Virus record (IMG/VR): IMGVR_UViG_3300033142_000627
Location: 1 to 13,279 of that record
Direction: 5' to 3' (one strand)
DNA from: a virus
Lineage: Duplodnaviria; Heunggongvirae; Uroviricota; Caudoviricetes
Length of the DNA stretch: 13,279 bases
The notes beneath the pieces were generated by a model. It did no database searches. It was not told the DNA's origin and was given only the letters and a program-made list of their open reading frames with translations. Within the stretch, counting starts at the first letter, position 1; the number at the start of each line of letters is the position of its first letter. This document shows, piece by piece, positions 8,193 to 13,279 of this stretch. Made by a program: the position numbers and the translations under genes.

Positions 8193-8655
8193 TCTTAGTA
8201 TTGTCCTTTAGTTCTTGTATCAACTGTTGTATGTATACATTCTTAAGCACCTTGATTTCTTTCTTCTGAAAGTTCAATCTCTCTTCGTGTTCAAAGTTTG
8301 ATACCGCAGCGGCACCAAGTGTACCTTCATCAACAACATAACCATCAAGTTCCCAGTGATGTGCCGCTGCGATATCGTCATAGTTGAATTCTGTGTATTT
8401 CGTTAACTCTACATCATTCATAAACCAATCGTGTATAGGGTCAATCATATTGTTCATTGACAATACAATCCAGTGGTATTCGGTTTTACCATAGAACATA
8501 TATGATACGTCCTCTGGTTTCTCATTTTCTTTCACTGTATATAGGTCGTATCTGTTTGTATCATTTCTCAGCGAATTGTTGATTTCAAACTTGACAGTAA
8601 TATTGTCCATTTCGAAACCTTCAAATGTTGTAGTAGGTAAGTCTTGAAAATACAT
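8185..8655 (-). CDS. gp53: Baseplate wedge subunit, gp53-like (LysM-like), about 156 aa
   Basis: MYFQDLP...YTVKENEKPEDVSYMFYGKTEYHWIVLSMNNMIDPIHDW...HHWE...NFEHEERLN..KKEIKVLK pattern. Likely start is the ATG at 8655 with GGAG upstream, not 8676. Confidence 0.88.
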   Translation of the reverse strand: MYFQDLPTTTFEGFEMDNITVKFEINNSLRNDTNRYDLYTVKENEKPEDVSYMFYGKTEYHWIVLSMNNMIDPIHDWFMNDVELTKYTEFNYDDIAAAHHWELDGYVVDEGTLGAAAVSNFEHEERLNFQKKEIKVLKNVYIQQLIQELKDNTKNG

Positions 8656-8657
8656 CG

Positions 8658-9611
8658 TTATACAACTCCGTTCCAAAGTGAATCTCTATTCAATGTTTCA
8701 TCCTCTGTGAACTGCAAAGAAACACCAAATTTAACAGGATGTCCGCTTTCAAACGTACTCCATACTTGGCCCGCTGTGTAGTCCGCAGATACACTGGTCA
8801 ACCAACATTTTTTCGAAGTTAAAATACCTAGACTCACAGCACTATCGTTTTTGCCTTTTGACATAACATCTATAGACCACTCATCCGGATAGATGTATTG
8901 TCCTCCAGATGATATATCTGGTAGACTGTTGTATCTGAACCTGTCGATGATTTCCATTGATTCTTTTAGCTCCTCGTAACTACGGGGAACAAAATCAAAC
9001 CTGAATACAAATGTTCTTAGATTAACGCCTGTGAACTGTGAACGAATCTTCGGGTCATATTGAATTTTCTGTGCTCTTTTAACCATTGCGCCGATGCCTG
9101 ATGAACCTAGACTCTTTACTCCCGCTGAAGCGGCCGCTTCGCCTGCGCTCGCCAAAGATAATTTTCCTTCAAGAGTATCAGCTACCAATCCTGCAAGAGG
9201 ACCACCAGTTTCTAAACTATCCCATCCTAAACTAACACCGTTCAACATACTATTAACAGGAACGTAAAGATATATATAACTGTGGTCGCCTTTCTTCTTA
9301 GTTGGGTCGAATCTACTAGGACTCTTCTGTTCCTTTTTAGTTTTGTCAATCTCAGGTTTTATAATATCATCACCGAAGATTTCTTGTGGTTTTGACCTTG
9401 TATTCTTGAACACAATGAACTCACCATATTCAGGATTCGATAACAAATCTTCTGGATATTGTTGTCCGGTGATGGATTCTGGTTGAGGTTTATATAGTCC
9501 TCGTTTTTTATTCAATGAACCAAGGCCGCTTACTTTATTAATAGCACTGTCAACCTTATCTCCAATATTGGATCTGATTGTGCTTGAGATTTTCGTTTGT
9601 ATGCTTGCCAT
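8658..9611 (-). CDS. gp48: Baseplate tail-tube cap, gp48-like, 317 aa
   Basis: YIYLYVP, DPKIRSQFTGVNLRTFVFRFDFVPRSYEE, YPDEWSI, CWLTSVSADYT, PVKFGVSLQFTEDETLNR motifs of the gp48 family. Confidence 0.82.
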   Translation of the reverse strand: MASIQTKISSTIRSNIGDKVDSAINKVSGLGSLNKKRGLYKPQPESITGQQYPEDLLSNPEYGEFIVFKNTRSKPQEIFGDDIIKPEIDKTKKEQKSPSRFDPTKKKGDHSYIYLYVPVNSMLNGVSLGWDSLETGGPLAGLVADTLEGKLSLASAGEAAASAGVKSLGSSGIGAMVKRAQKIQYDPKIRSQFTGVNLRTFVFRFDFVPRSYEELKESMEIIDRFRYNSLPDISSGGQYIYPDEWSIDVMSKGKNDSAVSLGILTSKKCWLTSVSADYTAGQVWSTFESGHPVKFGVSLQFTEDETLNRDSLWNGVV

Positions 9612-9629
9612 TTATATATAAACCTTTGA

Positions 9630-9637
9630 AATAAATA
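9630..9637 (+). promoter_or_regulatory. Putative T4-like late promoter (AATAAATA) for the rightward operon
   Basis: NATAAATA 31 nt upstream of the gp4 ATG. The T4 gp55 consensus is TATAAATA, relaxed to NATAAATA in T4-like cyanophages. Confidence 0.6.
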
Positions 9638-9650
9638 TGGTATTACTATA

Positions 9651-9658
9651 TATTTATG
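9651..9658 (-). promoter_or_regulatory. Putative T4-like late promoter (CATAAATA) for the leftward operon
   Basis: Plus-strand tatttatg reads CATAAATA on the minus strand, 39 nt upstream of the gp48 ATG. Confidence 0.6.
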
Positions 9659-9668
9659 TGACCAAACT

Positions 9669-10124
9669 ATGGCCTACAACTACAAAAAGGGAAAATTTAC
9701 TCCAATCAACAAAGAGAAGTATGTTGGTGATGTGAATAACATCGTATACCGCTCTGGATGGGAGAAGTCTTTCTGTAAATACTGTGACTTGAATCCTGCA
9801 ATACTATTCTGGCAATCAGAAGAGACTATCATACCTTATGTGTGTGAAACTGATGGACGCATACACCGTTACCACATCGACTTCACTATAAATATGAAGG
9901 CATCAGATGGTACCACGAAAACATTGTTGATAGAAATCAAACCATTCGCACAGACACAAGAACCAAAGAAGAGAAGTAGGAAGACTAGAAAATATCTGAA
10001 TGAAGTAATGACATACGTTAAAAATCAATCGAAATGGCGCGAAGCAGAGGCATTTGCTAAGAAAAACAATGCAGAATTCAAGGTTTTGACAGAGAAAGAT
10101 TTGAAAAGTATCATAAATAAATGA
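9669..10124 (+). CDS. gp4: Head completion nuclease, gp4-like (TnsA-like PD-(D/E)xK fold), 151 aa
   Basis: KGKFTPINKEKYVGDVNNIVYRSGWE...WQSEETIIPY...DGRIHRYHIDF...LIEIKP...NQSKWREA motifs. Confidence 0.93.
   Translation: MAYNYKKGKFTPINKEKYVGDVNNIVYRSGWEKSFCKYCDLNPAILFWQSEETIIPYVCETDGRIHRYHIDFTINMKASDGTTKTLLIEIKPFAQTQEPKKRSRKTRKYLNEVMTYVKNQSKWREAEAFAKKNNAEFKVLTEKDLKSIINK
10112..10119 (+). promoter_or_regulatory. Putative late promoter (CATAAATA) upstream of gp2
   Basis: NATAAATA 22 nt upstream of the ATG at 10142. It overlaps the last gp4 codons in AT-rich sequence, so a chance match is possible. Confidence 0.4.
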
Positions 10125-10141
10125 TAACCAAGGAATAATTT

Positions 10142-10696
10142 ATGCCAGAATCAGAAGTAGTTGACAGTTTAAAGAGATTGAAGCGTTCGCCGTCAAGGGC
10201 CGCTCAAGTTCGTTCGGGCAAATGGTTGAAAGATAAGATTAATAAGTCTAAAGGCAAACGCATAGGTAAATCTTCACGACCAACTATTGGCAAGATGTAC
10301 TTGATGGGTTATAACCCAAAACATAGTGATACGTTACCATACTATGACGCATTACCTCTAATTATTCCAATCGGAATGTATTCTGATGGATTCCTTGCGC
10401 TGAATCTACACTATCTTCCAGCGAAGCCTCGTATCAATCTGTTACTGGCACTGATGCAGACAATGACAGGCAAAGGAGAGAACGCACGTATCAAGGCAAG
10501 TTACGAAATGCTTAATGCTGCGGCAAAGTATAAAGAGTTTACACCAACAGTACATCGTTACCTGTGGTCACAAATATCTAGTCCACCACTGATTATCGAA
10601 CCTGATGATTGGGAATATGTGGCATTGTTACCACTAGCGAAGTTTAAGAAGAAATCACGAGCGGCCATATACCGCGACTCAATGGGAATGATCTAA
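10142..10696 (+). CDS. gp2: DNA end protector protein, gp2-like, 184 aa
   Basis: GKMYLMGYNPKHSDTLPYYDALPLIIPI..GFLALNLHYLP..R..LL..L and HRYL...DWEYVALLP motifs; adjacent to gp4. Confidence 0.9.
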   Translation: MPESEVVDSLKRLKRSPSRAAQVRSGKWLKDKINKSKGKRIGKSSRPTIGKMYLMGYNPKHSDTLPYYDALPLIIPIGMYSDGFLALNLHYLPAKPRINLLLALMQTMTGKGENARIKASYEMLNAAAKYKEFTPTVHRYLWSQISSPPLIIEPDDWEYVALLPLAKFKKKSRAAIYRDSMGMI

Positions 10697-10697
10697 C

Positions 10698-11462
10698 ATG
10701 GGCATCGATATAGCAACACTAAAGACAGTTGTTGGAGAATACGCTAAACCTAACAAATATATGGTTCAAGTATTTCCTCCTACTAAGTTAGGAATGAAGG
10801 ATGCTGGCAAAGTATCTGACATCACAAAGAACTTCACAGACCTGTTTGGCAATAAAACAAATGAAGGCAACTATGGAGAACTTAGGTCTGTAGGACTTAA
10901 CTGTTCACATGCAACGTTTCCTGGTATATCTTTTAGTACACATGATGTTGCTCAGTCTGGTGGCGTAATGTTCAAGATGCCTTATGAGAAAATATATGAA
11001 CCAATCACACTGACATTCTATAATGATATTGATTTTAATTCATACAGAATGTTCGTAGATTGGATTGGACTATTAAAGAGTAGTGAACACAACAATGGAA
11101 ACCATATGAGTTTCTATAAAGAGTATATCGGCAATATACACATCTATCAGTTTGATGCAATGCAATTCCCATCACACGTTGTAACATTCGAACAACTTTA
11201 TCCAGTATCCGTTTCTGAGATTGAAATTGGTTATGATATAAAGGACCAGATTGAGACATTCACTGTAACATTTACATATAGGTCTTGGAAGTACGAACCA
11301 ATCAAACGTTCTGCCGCGGATATTGCTGCGACACTGAAAGGATTGACAAATAAAAACATCACCACCGGCGGAGACTTATTGAAAGCAGTTGCCACAGCTT
11401 CTGTTCCTGGTGGAGAATCCACATTGAAAGCTCTTGATAAGTTGAATGATAGATTTTTCTAG
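10698..11462 (+). CDS. gp54: Baseplate tail-tube initiator, gp54-like (gp19 tube fold), 254 aa
   Basis: KPNKYMVQV, CSHATFPG, PYEKIYEPITLTFYND..F.DW, FYKEYIGNIHIYQFD, YPVSVSEIEIGYD..DQIETFTVTFTYRSW tube-fold pattern. gp54 versus another gp19 paralog is not certain. Confidence 0.7.
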   Translation: MGIDIATLKTVVGEYAKPNKYMVQVFPPTKLGMKDAGKVSDITKNFTDLFGNKTNEGNYGELRSVGLNCSHATFPGISFSTHDVAQSGGVMFKMPYEKIYEPITLTFYNDIDFNSYRMFVDWIGLLKSSEHNNGNHMSFYKEYIGNIHIYQFDAMQFPSHVVTFEQLYPVSVSEIEIGYDIKDQIETFTVTFTYRSWKYEPIKRSAADIAATLKGLTNKNITTGGDLLKAVATASVPGGESTLKALDKLNDRFF

Positions 11463-11463
11463 T

Positions 11464-11504
11464 GATAAATAAAATAACTAATAATGATACATTATGTATA
11501 GGAG
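11464..11504 (+). promoter_or_regulatory. Putative late promoter (GATAAATA, 11464-11471) and ribosome-binding site (AGGAG, 11500-11504) for gp26
   Basis: NATAAATA in the intergenic gap; AGGAG 6 nt before the ATG at 11511. Confidence 0.55.
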
Positions 11505-11510
11505 TATGAA

Positions 11511-12254
11511 ATGGGATTACCAGTAATAGACGCACCAGTATATAAACTAACTCTACCTTCGAGTAGAAAGGATATAGATTATAGACCATTCCTTGTTAAA
11601 GAGGAAAAGGTACTTCTAATGGCCATGTCTTCTGATGATGAGAAAGAAAAGATTACCGCGATAATGCAGGTCATCAATAATTGTACATTCGACAAGTTTG
11701 AAATCGAAGAGATGCCAATTATTGATATTGAGTATATCTTCCTACATCTTCGTATGAAGTCTAAAGGAGATATCGCTGAGTTCTCATTCCGTTGCCAGAA
11801 CATCATCGAAGACAAAGATGATCCAGAGAAGAAAGATAAGTGTGACCATATAAATGATATGGGAATTGACCTTAATAAGGTTGAAGTTATTAACAAAGAT
11901 GTTGATCCTGTTATTAAATTAACAGATTCGATTGGTGTTGAGATGAGGTTGCCTAATTATGAACTAGCGGAAAAACTGAATGGTATCTCTGACACTGATA
12001 TTGATGGTATGTTTGGCATCATCGTAGATACAATCAAATACACATATGATGGTGACGATGTTACCGATATGTCAACAGTTGACAGGAAAGACGCTATTGC
12101 CTGGATTGAGACATTAACAAAAGAACAGTTTGAGAAGATTCAAAACTATTACGCGAATTTGCCTAAACTTAGTATGAGTGTTCAATTTGTTTGTGAATCG
12201 TGCGGTTATAAAGACGATATTCTTATCGAGGGACTAGAAAGTTTTTTAGTGTAA
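11511..12254 (+). CDS. gp26: Baseplate hub assembly protein, gp26-like, 247 aa (short product)
   Basis: MGLPVIDAPVYKLTLPSS..IDYRPFLVKEEKVLLMA, DIEYIFLHLRMKSKG, Cys ligands (RCQN..KCDH; CESCG) and terminal IEGLESFLV. Confidence 0.9.
   Translation: MGLPVIDAPVYKLTLPSSRKDIDYRPFLVKEEKVLLMAMSSDDEKEKITAIMQVINNCTFDKFEIEEMPIIDIEYIFLHLRMKSKGDIAEFSFRCQNIIEDKDDPEKKDKCDHINDMGIDLNKVEVINKDVDPVIKLTDSIGVEMRLPNYELAEKLNGISDTDIDGMFGIIVDTIKYTYDGDDVTDMSTVDRKDAIAWIETLTKEQFEKIQNYYANLPKLSMSVQFVCESCGYKDDILIEGLESFLV
12242..12248 (+). other. Candidate -1 ribosomal frameshift slippery heptamer T_TTT_TTA
   Basis: gp26 frame is AGT TTT TTA GTG TAA. The X_XXY_YYZ heptamer is correctly phased, and its -1 frame (TTT TTT AGT GTA ATC...) is the gp51-module frame. 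Confidence 0.75.
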
Positions 12255-12424
12255 TCCTCAGAGATGGGGACCTTTCGGATTATTACATATTAAATTTTGA
12301 GTTGGTTCATGAAGGATATGGTTTCACATTAACAGAATTGGAGAATATGTTACCTTTTGAAAGAGAGGTATATTCTAGTATGGTTATAGCAAGACTAAAA
12401 AAGAAATCGGAAGAGAGAAAGTAA
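12242..12424 (+). CDS. gp51: gp51-like C-terminal module, probably translated as a -1 frameshift extension of gp26 (fusion about 304 aa)
   Basis: The frame reads FFSVILRDGDLSDYYILNFELVHEGYGFTLTELENMLPFEREVYSSMVIARLKKKSEERK* (TAA 12422-12424). YY..NF.L....TLTELENMLPFERE is the gp51 signature. There is no ATG/GTG/TTG in frame between the upstream stop (12209-12211) and TTG 12302, which lies inside the conserved core. Confidence 0.8.
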   Translation, partial: FFSVILRDGDLSDYYILNFELVHEGYGFTLTELENMLPFEREVYSSMVIARLKKKSEERK

Positions 12425-13279
12425 ATGGCTATTGAAAACACAAGAGAAGCAGTATCGGATGTAACGCCTGAATCTGTAAGGCGCGCCCTAGGCGCCCTCA
12501 AAGAAGGTATGGGTTCGGTAGTACAAGTGGTGAAAAGAACCTCGTCCGAAGCTGGTCAAGGTGGCGAGAACATCAAGAAAGGGCTCGCCTCAGCAGGAGA
12601 TATGATGAGTCAAACCATCATGGCCGAACTCAGTGATTCTCCATTGATGATGGCTGGACTAGACATCGGCAAAGGTATTACAAAAGACATTGGTAAAGGT
12701 TTCGGTTCATTGTTTTCTAAATCCGAAGACAAGAAGGAAGAAGGTGATGATAAAACAGAAACATCGGCCGATGAAAGAGTAGAGAAACAAACCAAAGCGA
12801 TTGTGAAGAGTAATCCTAAAGAAGGCATATTCTCTTCGATGAACAATAAACTGGGTATGATATATGAATCTCTTACAGGTCAAAAACTTGAAGAAAAGAA
12901 GTCCAGCACGGCATTACATGATGCTCTAACTGGAGGAATCATAGTCAAAGCTCCTGGATTAGAAAAGGCGGTCGGAGAACTGGCGCCCTCAACAGAGGAA
13001 AAAAGAGAAGCGAGCAGAGAAGACGACCTATCCCCCAAAAAAGAAACAAAGAAGACAAAGAAGGTCGGATTCTTTGGTAAAATCTTTGATAAGATTAAAA
13101 TCGCTGCAATGGGAATATTCAGCATTATTACTAAAAGTCTCTTGGGCATAGGTAAATTCTTGTTGAAGAGGGTCGCTCCGTGGGCGATTGCTGCGACACT
13201 AGCATATGCCATTTTCTCTTCATTTGATAACATCGCTGACGGTATGAAGAAGATGTGGGCCGGTTCAGAGGGAGATAAT
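12425..13279 (+). CDS. Probable tape-measure / baseplate hub protein (gp29-like position), partial, at least 285 aa
   Basis: ATG directly follows the gp51-module TAA. Open to the window end (MAIENTREAVSDVTPESVRRALGALKEG...). Helical, low-complexity, Lys/Glu-rich stretches are followed by an amphipathic/hydrophobic segment (KIAAMGIFSIITKSLLGIGKFLLKRVAPWAIAATLAYAIFSSF). The call rests on composition and position after gp26/gp51. Confidence 0.65.
   Translation, partial: MAIENTREAVSDVTPESVRRALGALKEGMGSVVQVVKRTSSEAGQGGENIKKGLASAGDMMSQTIMAELSDSPLMMAGLDIGKGITKDIGKGFGSLFSKSEDKKEEGDDKTETSADERVEKQTKAIVKSNPKEGIFSSMNNKLGMIYESLTGQKLEEKKSSTALHDALTGGIIVKAPGLEKAVGELAPSTEEKREASREDDLSPKKETKKTKKVGFFGKIFDKIKIAAMGIFSIITKSLLGIGKFLLKRVAPWAIAATLAYAIFSSFDNIADGMKKMWAGSEGDN

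Noticed and set aside
9669-10124. TnsA-like nuclease as a transposon or homing endonuclease
   Set aside because: Motifs and adjacency to gp2 match the core T4-like gp4 head-completion protein; no terminal repeats or transposase partners.
11450-11510. Possible second slippery site at the gp54 end (AGA TTT TTC TAG)
   Set aside because: A_TTT_TTC is not a canonical heptamer, and the -1 frame stops within about 17 codons with nothing recognisable.
12264-12304. Independent start for gp51 at ATG 12264 or TTG 12302
   Set aside because: ATG 12264 is in the wrong frame and hits TAA after 9 codons. TTG 12302 would remove the conserved DYYILNF block and has no clear SD. It cannot be fully excluded.
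5815-12424. Stop-codon reassignment
   Set aside because: TAA, TGA (gp53, gp4) and TAG (gp54) all end genes at sensible positions, and long ORFs are intact under the standard code.
12422-12427. gp51 module and tape measure are in frame across TAA ATG
   Set aside because: Ordinary translational coupling explains it; no read-through signal seen.
11035-13233. Minus-strand track ORFs 11035-11259, 11231-11422, 11359-11589, 11579-11896, 12307-12501, 12610-12846 and 12880-13233
   Set aside because: Antisense to well-supported plus-strand genes (gp54, gp26, gp51 module, tape measure).

Overview
Tail/baseplate module of a large T4-like myovirus. Two late operons diverge from a 57-bp spacer at 9612-9668. 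Leftward (- strand): gp48-like tube cap, gp53 wedge, gp27-like hub, a gp5 spike lacking the lysozyme domain, then a giant fibre/adhesin-like ORF of at least 1937 codons that the ORF track missed (GTG at 5811, open to the left edge). It carries HxH shaft motifs and repeats that group into 5-blade beta-propeller units. Rightward (+ strand): gp4 head-completion nuclease, gp2 DNA end protector, gp54-like tube initiator, gp26-like hub protein, a gp51-like C-terminal module, and the start of a probable tape-measure gene (12425, open to the right edge, also missed by the track). The best finding is that the gp51-like module has no ATG/GTG/TTG upstream of its conserved core and lies in the -1 frame of gp26. 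It is entered through a T_TTT_TTA slippery heptamer (12242-12248) with an upstream Shine-Dalgarno-like element and a downstream hairpin. This predicts a programmed -1 frameshift making short and long products just upstream of the tape-measure gene, like lambda gpG/gpGT. All family calls rest on motifs recognised by eye; no database searches were run.
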